Both the position numbers and the translations under genes were made by a program. Source: Candidatus Woesearchaeota archaeon (GTDB lineage Archaea; Nanobdellota; Nanobdellia; Pacearchaeales; GW2011-AR1). Taken from it: 64,000 bases of DNA. The notes beneath the pieces are model-generated. The model had not been told where the DNA came from, ran no database searches, and saw only the letters and a list, made by a program, of their open reading frames with translations. The stretch spans positions 315,122 through 379,121 of the forward strand of contig CAZBWB010000001.1 in NCBI GenBank assembly GCA_964495875.1, in the 5' to 3' direction. The stretch's first letter is position 1; each line of letters begins with the position of its first letter. Of the stretch, positions 18,419 to 28,226 are shown in pieces.

Positions 18419-18567
18419 TATCCTATTCTTAATAAATTTTTAATTTTGTCAATTAATGAATTCCCTTCTCCTCTTAATATGAAAATTGTTGTCGTAACAA
18501 TTACGAGAACAGCTATTGCAATAAGCAACCAAGGTAAATAATCTGCGACAATCCCTCTTTTTTTCAT
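18418..18567 (-). CDS. Unlisted 49-aa pilin-like micro-ORF
   Basis: My translation is MKKRG|IVADYLPWLLIAIAVLVIVTTTIFILRGEGNSLIDKIKNLLRIG. Its TAA overlaps the ATG of the next gene (TAATG). It is below the ORF-track size cut-off. Confidence 0.45.
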   Translation of the reverse strand: MKKRGIVADYLPWLLIAIAVLVIVTTTIFILRGEGNSLIDKIKNLLRIG

Positions 18568-18597
18568 GTATCAAAAAGAGAAATATGATTAATAAAT

Positions 18598-20763
18598 TTA
18601 TCCTAAATTTCCTAAAACAATTGTGGTTAAGATAAACAAAGCAAATGTTGAAATGATGGCTGTAATAAAATAGAGCATTATTCCTTTCTTAAGATTCTCT
18701 CCTGTCTTGTTGGTTTTCTGAAGTTTGTCTTCCCCAGAACTAACCGTTACCAGTGTTCCAGTAAGAATAAAAATTATCTGAATAATATAAATACCTATTA
18801 TTATTTGCAAAAAATAAGGGGGAATCATTTTTGTTAAATCAAAAATATTTAATATATTCCCTAAACCTCCGATTCCTGTTTCTGCCCCAGATAACTGAGT
18901 CAAGTTTAACTTATTTAATATTGAAGTAATCATTGCTGCCAGTCCGACGACAATTCCGGCAAGCAGAGGGGCGAGAAAAGTCATATTGCTCTTCATATCA
19001 GAAATTATTTCAGCAAGCATATCTTTAAGCCGCTGTGTAATCTTCTGGATATTTTTTGCATATTCGGAAATACTCATTAAACTTACTGCAGCAATCTTCA
19101 AACCCTTTTTTGCAGATTCTATTAAAATTCTCATGCTCGTTGCAATAATATTTGAAGGATAAAGAACAAGTGCTCCGATTTTTCTGTCAAAGACAGCTCT
19201 CTCCACACTCATCCCTGCCTGCCTTATATTGTAATTAACTCTTCTGAAAAAATCTTCTGTCATTAATCCTTTTGAAGATTCTGCGACTTTTCCAAAAGCA
19301 AGTTCAGGAGGCACGCCATTTCCAATCCTGTTCCCTAACTGGAAGAGAGAATTATTAAATTCATTTTCTAACTGCTTTGTTTTATTTCTTGTTTCAATCA
19401 AATATTTTGTTTTGTCTTTGTAAGAAATTGCAAAAAATAAAGCAAGTCCTAGAGAAAGAAACATTCCGGACAGCAAAGCCCCTACCCCAAAAGGCCCTGT
19501 AAGACCTGAGGTAGTTTCTTTAAAATCAAAAACCTTTTCCCCCCCAAACAAATCAATCCCTAATTCTGAAAAACTATAATCCTGCTGCAATTCAAAAAAT
19601 TCCGGAAGAGGAGTATACTGAAAAATCAAAGGCAAAAATCCAATAATAAAAAATGGAAGGCAAATAAAAAATGCCTTCACATAATGCTTTTTACTTTTAT
19701 ATTCTGGATAAAAAGGATTTTTTTCTAATAACTCAGTTTCCCCATATCCTCCTGGTCTTAGAAGCATTACTTTATCAGTAAGATAGAATACAACAAAAGG
19801 AATAATTAAATTAAATAAAATAAGAACATGATACCATCTTAACAATCCTCCGAGCATTGCAGAAGCAAGAGGCAATAAAGCAAGAGCCAGAGTTGGCAAA
19901 ACAACTCCAAGCATATAAACATTAGTCAAAGGACTTCTAACTTCATGAGTGAATTTCAGCATTTTATCATAGACTCCATCCAGCACGACTTGCAGGGCTT
20001 TTTCAAGTGTTGAAATCCTTCTGTTATTATCTGGCTCAAACAAACTGCTCTCAATTAAATGAAAAGCCTCGATAAATTCGATAGAGTAATCTCTCCATGT
20101 TTCCAAATAATTATCCAAACTTTCCTTGATTGTTGAAAATTTCCTTACTTCAACATCATAAAATACTTTTTTCAAATCAAGTGCAAGGGGCGGTTCGAGA
20201 TGCTGAGAAGCAAAGGCAACGGCTCTTTCCAAATTAGGGGTGTGCCGCATATAAACAACGAGATATAATATAGTGGGAACCATTTGAGAGGATGCTTTAA
20301 GACGCCATTTGTTTGCCAGTCTTGCTGGATAACCATTAACAAAATAAAATAAAAAAATTGAAAAGATTAATATTAAAATAAAAAACAAAAAAGGAAAGTC
20401 AGCCAAACCCCCTTTCATTAAAGTCAGTGCAACAGAAATTATTAAACCGATTAAAAAAACACTGACAAAACTCATCACACTAAGAGTCGATGCCTGCCAT
20501 GGTTCAATTTCTAAATGGGCGATTTCTATATGTCTTTTTATTTTTTCTTCATCTTTTTTGGAAATTTTAAGCTTAATCAGACTTCCCAAACTATGACACC
20601 ATCTCTCATATCTGTTAAACTGTGGTGATCTCTCTTTTTTAAATTTGATATATTCCTGGCTGTAATTTAAGCCTTTAGGAATAGTTTTCATTTGTTCTTC
20701 TATTCTTCCGCCATGCCTTCTAAGAACTTCTTCGACTGTTGGATTATTTTCCCCTGCTTTCAT
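18598..20763 (-). CDS. Polytopic membrane platform protein (FlaJ/TadC/PilC-like, T2SSF-type)
   Basis: 721 aa with multiple TM helices alternating with helical cytoplasmic segments (for example LFQLGNRIGNGVPPELAFGKVAESS ... NIRQAGMSVERAV), resembling T2SSF repeats. It sits next to the secretion ATPase. Confidence 0.6.
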   Translation of the reverse strand: MKAGENNPTVEEVLRRHGGRIEEQMKTIPKGLNYSQEYIKFKKERSPQFNRYERWCHSLGSLIKLKISKKDEEKIKRHIEIAHLEIEPWQASTLSVMSFVSVFLIGLIISVALTLMKGGLADFPFLFFILILIFSIFLFYFVNGYPARLANKWRLKASSQMVPTILYLVVYMRHTPNLERAVAFASQHLEPPLALDLKKVFYDVEVRKFSTIKESLDNYLETWRDYSIEFIEAFHLIESSLFEPDNNRRISTLEKALQVVLDGVYDKMLKFTHEVRSPLTNVYMLGVVLPTLALALLPLASAMLGGLLRWYHVLILFNLIIPFVVFYLTDKVMLLRPGGYGETELLEKNPFYPEYKSKKHYVKAFFICLPFFIIGFLPLIFQYTPLPEFFELQQDYSFSELGIDLFGGEKVFDFKETTSGLTGPFGVGALLSGMFLSLGLALFFAISYKDKTKYLIETRNKTKQLENEFNNSLFQLGNRIGNGVPPELAFGKVAESSKGLMTEDFFRRVNYNIRQAGMSVERAVFDRKIGALVLYPSNIIATSMRILIESAKKGLKIAAVSLMSISEYAKNIQKITQRLKDMLAEIISDMKSNMTFLAPLLAGIVVGLAAMITSILNKLNLTQLSGAETGIGGLGNILNIFDLTKMIPPYFLQIIIGIYIIQIIFILTGTLVTVSSGEDKLQKTNKTGENLKKGIMLYFITAIISTFALFILTTIVLGNLG

Positions 20764-20820
20764 TATCTCTTTTTAAATAAAATAAAAATAGAATTAATAA
20801 ATGTTTAGAATTAAAACTTT

Positions 20821-21141
20821 TTACTCTCTGTTTTGCTGCAATGCCAAAAAGAATTTTCTTGCACCAAACATAACCAAAATTGCTACAACGAGCGTGACTA
20901 CAGGACGAATTATCCAGAGTCCCAAAAGCTGCTCCTGGTCAGAACCTGAAGTTAAAAAAACACCCATCATGATTCCCAAGGCAACATTAATAATAACAGA
21001 ACCCAATACAAGTGAAAGAGCGATTTTAAATTCCTTATCTAATTTTATTATTGCTTTCAAAAACACAATTATTGCGTAAACCAAAATTGCTACCGCAATA
21101 ATTTCAATTTGCCATGCAAAATTCACCCAGCTTAATTCCAT
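20821..21141 (-). CDS. Small 3-TM membrane protein
   Basis: A hydrophobic 106-aa ORF between the ATPase and the platform gene. Confidence 0.4.
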   Translation of the reverse strand: MELSWVNFAWQIEIIAVAILVYAIIVFLKAIIKLDKEFKIALSLVLGSVIINVALGIMMGVFLTSGSDQEQLLGLWIIRPVVTLVVAILVMFGARKFFLALQQNRE

Positions 21142-21191
21142 ATCAACCCTCTTAAAATTTTTAAGAATAAATGCTTAATAAATGTTTTTGA

Positions 21192-23480
21192 TTAAATTTT
21201 TCTCTTCTTAATCTCTTCCTTCAACCATTTTTGCCATTCTGGAAAAACTCTTTCACTTAACGGAAGCCCAACCTCTTCCCTAATTTCATCAGATATCTCA
21301 TGGAAAATATGATTAGAAAGTGTGTTGAATTTTGCTTCAAGAATCTCATAATTCTTTGTTTTTTCTGCAACATCGACTAATTCTTTTTTAATTTTTGTTC
21401 TTAAAAGTATGTTATCATAAACAGCATCCCAATTTCCTGCCCATCCTTTAACATTAGCGGCAACATTTTTTATCACTTCACTATCTCCATTAATCAAATC
21501 ATCACTTGCCTCAAGTTCATCTTTTTCAATATTATATTTTAACAAATCAACAAATCCCTTCTCTGCCAATGGGTCTTTTTGCCAGTGTTTTCTGACTTCT
21601 GAAAGCTGCACAACCCTTCTCCATGAATGCAGTCCGTCAGGAGATTTAATAGGATTGCAAACAGCAATTATATCAGTAGCTTTAAAACTTGTATTCGGAA
21701 CTCCTAAATCATTTACAACTCTGTCAAAAACAGCATAAGGAGAAGCGCCATGGATTGTTCCTGCAACAACATTTGCCAAGGCTCCAACACGCATTGCTTC
21801 GTATAATGCTTTTGCCTCCACACTTCTGACTTCGCCCAAAACCAGACAAGAATCCCCAAGTCTCAAACTCGTTCTTATGCCATCATCAGCAGAAACTTCT
21901 GTTGTGGTTTTAAGAAGAGCTGACCGGACTTTCATTCTCAAAATATCATATTCGAGTTTTCTCAAAGATTCAACAGGAAGTTCAAGAGAATCCTCAATTA
22001 CAATAATTCTTGACTTTGGCACGATTTCGAGCATCAAACTTCCAAGCAAAGAAGTTTTTCCAGAGCTCCTTGTTCCCGCAATCAAAAGTGTCCTTGCACC
22101 ATCGATTAAAAAACTGAACAAACCCGCAGTAAAAGGATTTATCATTTTGTTCTGTATAAAAAGAGGCAGAGTCCATGGTTCTTCTCTGTGCCTCCTAATC
22201 GCATATGCTAAACCATCAGGAGATAATGGTCTTTGTATAATGGAAATTCTTGCCCTGATATTTCCAATCTCCAACTGAGTATCAAGGATGGGATTTGCCT
22301 CATCCAACGGACGGCCAGATATCATTCTGAATTTTGCAGCCCAGGCATCAACATCTTCCTGGCTCGGCAGAATATTTGTTGAACATTCATCATGATCTTG
22401 ATGCCTTACAAAAATGGTCACCATTGGGATTGGAGCATTTAAAACAATGTCTTGCAGTTTTTTATCCTGAAGTAAAATCTCAATAAGCCCAAAACCAATA
22501 GTATGCCTAACTAATATCCTCGCTAATTTGTTAAGTTCTCCATAATTGAGTCTTACCCCTCTAGCCTGAGCCAAGTCCTGAAGTAAATCTTTAGAAATAT
22601 TAAAAAAAACCTGCCTTGTTCTTTCAACATCAGTAAATTCCTCTGCCTGAGGCTGATGTTCAATCAAAACACCTCTTGCAAGATTAAGAAGCATGTCTTG
22701 TTCTTTTTCAAGAGAATTTTCCGGCGGATTCAGATGATATATCAACTTTGATTCATTTTTTCTTTTCAGAATCGTAACAAAGGACTTGTCATATTTATCA
22801 TTTGATATTTCATACTGGTCGATAATTTCTACATCTTCAGGCAAATCAGAAACAAGTCTAGTAAAAGTAAAATTAGGGATTATGTCGGGCTTGAAAATTT
22901 TAGTATAAATTTCCCTGTTTCCTCTTTGATAATTTTCAAGATAAGGAATGGCAATCTGGATGAGTTTTGTTTCCTCGAGCATTTTCAGAAGTTTTTCCAG
23001 AAAATAAACATGGTTTTCCTGGTCTAACATGTATTCTGCTCCGAGTTTTTCCAGCAAAATTCTCGCTTCAATAATTAATTTTTTCAATTCAATATATGCT
23101 GCAACAGGGTCCTGCTTTAATAGAAACAAAAAAGAAAAAATATCATTATAACGCTGTGTGAAAAATTCTGGGTGATTTGTTATTAGCTTTGCCTGAGACA
23201 AAACTTTTTCCTGTCTTAAAAAATAAACATAAAGCTGAGCTATTTCCAAAAGCAATGCTGTTTCTTTAAAATCATAATTGTAATTTTTCTGCTGAACAAA
23301 AACAACTCTAGCAACGCTCGGATTTTCTATCAGTGCATCAACAGTCCTACCCATAACTTCTGAAGAATCAGCTAGACTAGGAACATAGGGTGCTCCGAAA
23401 TAATTGATATAAAGAACATCCTCCCCCCCTTCTCTCTGCATCTCATAAGAATAGAGTTGTGTCCCTTGTCTGAATTGCAT
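21192..23480 (-). CDS. Type II/IV secretion-family ATPase (GspE/FlaI/PilB-like) with long N-terminal extension
   Basis: Walker A LIAGTRSSGKTSLLGSL, Walker B/Asp box RIIVIEDSLELP, LRLGDSCLVLGEVRSVEAKALYEAM, and His box AGTIHGASP. About 380 residues precede the ATPase core. Confidence 0.85.
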   Translation of the reverse strand: MQFRQGTQLYSYEMQREGGEDVLYINYFGAPYVPSLADSSEVMGRTVDALIENPSVARVVFVQQKNYNYDFKETALLLEIAQLYVYFLRQEKVLSQAKLITNHPEFFTQRYNDIFSFLFLLKQDPVAAYIELKKLIIEARILLEKLGAEYMLDQENHVYFLEKLLKMLEETKLIQIAIPYLENYQRGNREIYTKIFKPDIIPNFTFTRLVSDLPEDVEIIDQYEISNDKYDKSFVTILKRKNESKLIYHLNPPENSLEKEQDMLLNLARGVLIEHQPQAEEFTDVERTRQVFFNISKDLLQDLAQARGVRLNYGELNKLARILVRHTIGFGLIEILLQDKKLQDIVLNAPIPMVTIFVRHQDHDECSTNILPSQEDVDAWAAKFRMISGRPLDEANPILDTQLEIGNIRARISIIQRPLSPDGLAYAIRRHREEPWTLPLFIQNKMINPFTAGLFSFLIDGARTLLIAGTRSSGKTSLLGSLMLEIVPKSRIIVIEDSLELPVESLRKLEYDILRMKVRSALLKTTTEVSADDGIRTSLRLGDSCLVLGEVRSVEAKALYEAMRVGALANVVAGTIHGASPYAVFDRVVNDLGVPNTSFKATDIIAVCNPIKSPDGLHSWRRVVQLSEVRKHWQKDPLAEKGFVDLLKYNIEKDELEASDDLINGDSEVIKNVAANVKGWAGNWDAVYDNILLRTKIKKELVDVAEKTKNYEILEAKFNTLSNHIFHEISDEIREEVGLPLSERVFPEWQKWLKEEIKKRKI

Positions 23481-23552
23481 AACTAAAAAAGAGCTCTGCA
23501 GTTTAAAATATTTTGTATAACTCCAACAACAATAAAAAATAAGTAATGGTAT

Positions 23553-24863
23553 TTATCTTTTTTCTGCCTTATCCAATCTCCCATGAAAAATTAAAATCTG
23601 ATTATATAAGTCTCTACTTTTTTCATCAGGCTTCAAAGAACCATATAAGCTTCTAATTTTTCTGTAAGTATTTGCAGCACCTTCCTTATTTTTTCTTGAC
23701 AACTGCCTTCTTCCTTTAGATAATAATTTTCTAATTTCTTTAAGTTTTTCTTTACTAATTTTCTTTCTTTCTTTTTCTTCCAACATCTCTTCTTCTTTTC
23801 TTAATCTTTCACTAAATTCTTTTTTTACATCAGCCTTTTCCCTGCCCAAGTCCTTCTTCTCTTGCTTTATTTTTTTATTTAATTCTTGTTTTTTTCCAAT
23901 TGGCAATTTCTCTTTTCTACGAAATAATCTTCTGAATAATTTTCTTTCTTTTTTCTCAATAATTTTTTCTTTTTTCATAAATTCTTTTTTGAGTTCTTTT
24001 TGCAATCCTAATTTCTTTTTAGTTAATTGTCTGTTCCTTCTTCTTTTTTTAAGAATTCCAAAAAATCTAATAGATAAAAACACGATTAAAATAAGTAATA
24101 CACAAATTATAACAAAGAACATATATGCACCTAGACTACCTTTATCTTTCGCCTTTTGTATTACTGTTGTGTAAGATATATTTGCTTCTTCTTCTATAAC
24201 CCCAAACTTGATTTTTTTTGTTATTGTTTTATAACCTTGTTTAGAAGCTGTTACTTCTAGTGTATAAATGCCGGTTTGCTCTGCCTTTATTGATGTAGGG
24301 AAAACAAACTGATTAGTTGAACTATCTGGATAAGTCAGAATAGCTGTTATCAGAGGATTGGAAACTTCTGAAATATAATCAAGATAAATATTTTCATTTA
24401 AAACAAACACTTTTTCCTGTTCTGTACATTCTGCATCTTTGCATGTTAATATATTAAATTCAAAACCAGGATTAGTGGTAATGCTAAAAGATTTTTCTTC
24501 TGAAATTTCCGGATTTAAAATACCCACTATTGCTTTGCAGGTTTGGGGTTCTATTCTCTCATTGACAGCATCCATATAAACATAATTGTTAGTTAAAGGA
24601 ATATTTGGCTCTAAACTCGCTGTTTTTAAATCTAATAAAGGCAGAGGTGCGTTCGGGCAATCAACTGAAACTATATATTCTATCTCCTGTGAAGTTTCTG
24701 AGACAATTGTATAATCAAAGGAAATTTTTTCACCAAGACCAAAAGATTCTTTCATATCTATATTTATAGAAGTTGCTGATAAAGACGAAGCTAAGGCTAT
24801 TAAAATCAAAAAAACCGGAATTATTTTTTTTATTTTCATTTTATTTGCAAACTTTATAGTCAT
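23553..24863 (-). CDS. Bitopic membrane protein: secreted N-domain, one TM, K/R/E-rich coiled-coil cytoplasmic tail
   Basis: Signal peptide, a ~240-aa ectodomain, TM GAYMFFVIICVLLILIVFLSIRFF, then ~170 residues of KKERKLFRRLFRRKEK-type charged repeats. Confidence 0.5.
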   Translation of the reverse strand: MTIKFANKMKIKKIIPVFLILIALASSLSATSINIDMKESFGLGEKISFDYTIVSETSQEIEYIVSVDCPNAPLPLLDLKTASLEPNIPLTNNYVYMDAVNERIEPQTCKAIVGILNPEISEEKSFSITTNPGFEFNILTCKDAECTEQEKVFVLNENIYLDYISEVSNPLITAILTYPDSSTNQFVFPTSIKAEQTGIYTLEVTASKQGYKTITKKIKFGVIEEEANISYTTVIQKAKDKGSLGAYMFFVIICVLLILIVFLSIRFFGILKKRRRNRQLTKKKLGLQKELKKEFMKKEKIIEKKERKLFRRLFRRKEKLPIGKKQELNKKIKQEKKDLGREKADVKKEFSERLRKEEEMLEEKERKKISKEKLKEIRKLLSKGRRQLSRKNKEGAANTYRKIRSLYGSLKPDEKSRDLYNQILIFHGRLDKAEKR

Positions 24864-27666
24864 TTACAGTTTTATATCCTCTGTCATGAGTCCATTTACC
24901 ACAACCAGAACCCTTACCAATGCCGCACTCCGGCCATCTATGCACTGTTTTTGTAACCCATTCCCATCCCTCGCAGCATCTACCCTGGTCAAAGATAGTT
25001 ACTTTAGTGCCTTTTGTATAACATTTACACTCGCCATCTTCACAATATTGAGGACAGTCTTCAATTACTGTTTTGAATGTTTTTGTCATGCATAATTGGT
25101 CATTGTTACATTTAAAATAATACCCTTTTACTTTTGTTTTCAACAGATTGCAGACTAAACTTTCAGGAGGCATAGCATCGCAGTTAGTGCAACTGCCTGT
25201 TGCTTCATTAAATCCACAACTAGTATCTGTGCCTTCACATCTTGTATCTTTGCATTCTTTAATAAGAAGACCTCCTTCACATGTGAGAGGAGAGCAGCAG
25301 GTTTGTTTGAGAAGCAAACAAAGAGTGCCTTCGCAACACCAATCACCTGTTGTTTTGCACTTTTTTGGTATTATTAAAATCGGTATTTCTTTTTTGAGCA
25401 AATGTTTTGGATTTATATTTAAAGTTGGGTCACCCAGAAGTATATCTCCTCCGTGAAATTTAGTAGGTTCATAAACATTTTTAAAAGCCTCTCCTAAACT
25501 TCTCCCATAATAAAAAATTTCATTTAAGTATTTGGTATATTCTGTTGACAAGAAAGTCGTGCTAACACATCCCACATAACCAATTGCTCCGTTTTTTAAA
25601 ACAGACACAGCGAATGAATATGGACCCAGTGTTTTTACTGTGTCACAAGCTGCTACAATTACCAGAGAATTATCCAAATTTGGTATCTCATAACTCTCTA
25701 TACCTGCCCAACCAGACTTCCCGTGATCTGTATAATAAATTAAATCCTGATTTTCCCATTCAGTTGGATTAAAATCATACCACGATTCTTTAACTGTAAC
25801 AGGAACTGAGTTATAGCCTGCATTACTAAAATAAGTTGAAATTCTATCAGTCATATCTTTCAATAAGCCATTAAAAGAACTTGCCATAAATTTTGCATTA
25901 TTTGTTTTTGTAAAACTATCATAAAACAAAGCCCTTGCAATATAACTTGAAACATCAGTAACTGTAAAACCCGATATTCTACCTACTAAAACATCAGGTT
26001 TATTATCATTGTTCAAATCTGCATAGAGACTAGCATCAAGTGCTGTTTTCCAATCAGATAATCCCCTCCCTTCACTACTGTGGGGAATAATCTCATCCGG
26101 AGCTATAATTGTCAGATATTTCACCTTGTAATTAAATATTTCCTGCATTTTGTGCTTCAGATGACTGTTTATTTCTTCACTGTTATTTGTCGTTGTGCTT
26201 ATAATCAGTTCATGTTTTGCTGAAGCCAGTATTGGTGAGATTAATGATGCTTTTATTCTGAAAGTTTGGAGACTCCAATTCAAATCATTGCTATTCACTA
26301 AAATAATCTTATCTGTATTTGTCTTGCTCTTGTATTTTTTTTGTAATTGCTCTAAATTATATGTCTCAGTACAACTGGTTCCAGTAGGGGTTACAGAACC
26401 GACACAGAGAACCTCTCTTCCCGAAAACACATCTGCTGAATCTTTTGCTGTTCCTTGAATAATCAGAGGCGCATTTATCAAAGAAGCATAGGTTGAAGCC
26501 ATCAAAGCCAGTTCATAATTATCTTCCACATAAACGAGTGTGTCAAAAGAATCCCAGTAATTCATATAATCATTAACATTTATCCTTTGAATTTGTTCTA
26601 AAGACAAACCTGCACCCAAGTCAGGAATCAATACCAAGAAGTCATCTATCCCCTGCGGAGTTTCTCCGATTATAGTTACCATTGTGGGATTATATTGCTG
26701 TATGAAATAAATTATTGAATCTGTGTAAAAACTATTCTTTCCCTCATAAAAAACTAGAGTAGGATATTTATTGATTTTGTTTCCTTCTGTCCATGTGGTA
26801 AGAGAAACTGATTGCAATACATTACGCCAATCCTTACTTGAAATCAGAAAAACCTCTTTATCAGAATATAATGATTTTAGTTTTTTATTTGGTGCAATTG
26901 GTGGAACAAAAGGAAGAGCACAGCTTCCGTCATCCTGGCATCCATAATCCTCAGGACATCCGCATAATAAACAGATGTTAGTTAAATTTCCAGAACTGTC
27001 GCAGTAAAGTGGTTTTGTTGAAGAGCATTGATTTGCCAATGTTCCGTCGTTACAGAAAATTTTTGTAATATTTTTCTCTTCAATTTCTGTTTTAATGCAG
27101 GCTCCGTTACTGCAAATATAATTTTCAGGGCATTTATGAACTTCAGATAAAATGCTATCTCTCCCGCAAGAATATTCATTGATATATCTTGGTGTCTCTG
27201 CTGCTGTGATATTGCAATAATCAGTAAAACATTCACCTCCAAAACATACAGTTCCTTTAACATAATAATTCTTTCCCTCAGGATATTCATCTGTGACATC
27301 AGAATCAGTGCAGGTTTCTTCACCTTCTTCAATAACTTCAAATCCATAAAATAACCATTTGTTATCAATGACAGAATAAACAGCAAGGTTATAGAATCCA
27401 GGATTAAAAATACTGGAATTAATCATATAATCAAAACTCTTTTTTCCATAACATGTCTCTCCACAGCCCAGGTCAATTGAATGGAAAGCAGATTCAGAAT
27501 CCTGTGCATAAAAATGCAGATACTGTCCATAACTTTCAATATCAATTGTAATCTTGATATAATTGTCTGGTTTTACCTGAACAGGCTTGATTGAAACACC
27601 TGCAGAAACAAAATTTATGCAAAGCAATAAAATTATCAAAATAATTAAATTTCTTTTTATCAGCAT
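24841..27666 (-). CDS. Secreted C25 (gingipain-like) cysteine peptidase with Cys-rich N- and C-terminal modules
   Basis: Signal peptide. C25-type motifs lie at about residues 515-752 (about 25411-26124):
- YLTIIAPDEIIP
- SLYADLNNDNKPDVLVGRISG
- IYYTDHGKSGW (candidate His648)
- LVIVAACDT (candidate Cys674)
- DILLGDPTL

The C-terminal ~170 aa contain more than 30 Cys. Confidence 0.55.
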   Translation of the reverse strand: MLIKRNLIILIILLLCINFVSAGVSIKPVQVKPDNYIKITIDIESYGQYLHFYAQDSESAFHSIDLGCGETCYGKKSFDYMINSSIFNPGFYNLAVYSVIDNKWLFYGFEVIEEGEETCTDSDVTDEYPEGKNYYVKGTVCFGGECFTDYCNITAAETPRYINEYSCGRDSILSEVHKCPENYICSNGACIKTEIEEKNITKIFCNDGTLANQCSSTKPLYCDSSGNLTNICLLCGCPEDYGCQDDGSCALPFVPPIAPNKKLKSLYSDKEVFLISSKDWRNVLQSVSLTTWTEGNKINKYPTLVFYEGKNSFYTDSIIYFIQQYNPTMVTIIGETPQGIDDFLVLIPDLGAGLSLEQIQRINVNDYMNYWDSFDTLVYVEDNYELALMASTYASLINAPLIIQGTAKDSADVFSGREVLCVGSVTPTGTSCTETYNLEQLQKKYKSKTNTDKIILVNSNDLNWSLQTFRIKASLISPILASAKHELIISTTTNNSEEINSHLKHKMQEIFNYKVKYLTIIAPDEIIPHSSEGRGLSDWKTALDASLYADLNNDNKPDVLVGRISGFTVTDVSSYIARALFYDSFTKTNNAKFMASSFNGLLKDMTDRISTYFSNAGYNSVPVTVKESWYDFNPTEWENQDLIYYTDHGKSGWAGIESYEIPNLDNSLVIVAACDTVKTLGPYSFAVSVLKNGAIGYVGCVSTTFLSTEYTKYLNEIFYYGRSLGEAFKNVYEPTKFHGGDILLGDPTLNINPKHLLKKEIPILIIPKKCKTTGDWCCEGTLCLLLKQTCCSPLTCEGGLLIKECKDTRCEGTDTSCGFNEATGSCTNCDAMPPESLVCNLLKTKVKGYYFKCNNDQLCMTKTFKTVIEDCPQYCEDGECKCYTKGTKVTIFDQGRCCEGWEWVTKTVHRWPECGIGKGSGCGKWTHDRGYKTVNDYKVCK

Positions 27667-28160
27667 ATTCCTACATCCTCCCAGTAAATAACCACTTCTT
27701 TTTCCTCACAAATAAACATATCCCTTTCTTTTTTAATTTTAGGAACCACTCTAATTCGATTTATATTTTCTATGTCTGTAATAAAATCTGTAGTGACACT
27801 CTTTGAATTATGTCCCTCAATCTCACTGTATGGAGAACTTGGAATAGAAATAGTGCTTCCCTTATAATCTATAAAAATAAGAAAACCTTCCAATTCTAAT
27901 TCAGAAGCATCGTTTCTTCCATTAAATCTTATGTGTGTTTTCTTTTCAGACTCTCCAGTATTTATATTGTCTACAATTACATCTTCATAACAAAAATCTT
28001 CAACAACAAATTCAATCTTCTGACATTCTTGTTGTATTAATGCTTCTTCTTCAGCTTTTGTCACAGAATATCTCATCCAGAGAAATATCATCGACCCCAC
28101 AGCCATAACCAACATAACTAATAAAACAGATCCAATTACTGGATTCATACCTCTTTTCAT
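27660..28160 (-). CDS. Archaeal type IV pilin-like protein
   Basis: From the internal ATG at 28160 the protein starts MKRGMNPVIGSVLLVMLVMAVGSMIFLW. The PVIG-hydrophobic signature is typical of archaeal pilin N-terminal domains. Its stop overlaps the start of the C25-like gene by 7 nt. Confidence 0.65.
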   Translation of the reverse strand: MKRGMNPVIGSVLLVMLVMAVGSMIFLWMRYSVTKAEEEALIQQECQKIEFVVEDFCYEDVIVDNINTGESEKKTHIRFNGRNDASELELEGFLIFIDYKGSTISIPSSPYSEIEGHNSKSVTTDFITDIENINRIRVVPKIKKERDMFICEEKEVVIYWEDVGIC

Positions 28161-28226
28161 AGTAAAATATGAAGAAAAGAATTTATAAAGATTAACACTA
28201 CCCAAGCACAACAATTTTAAACTTTA

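Noticed and set aside
11907-23480. Interpretation of the peptidase/ATPase/platform/pilin genes as an archaellum (motility) operon.
   Set aside because: No FlaC/D/E, FlaF, FlaG or FlaH-like genes, and no archaellin-type conserved sequences, are visible. The small proteins are heterogeneous, Cys-rich and interleaved with hydrolases, which fits an adhesive or secretory pilus better.
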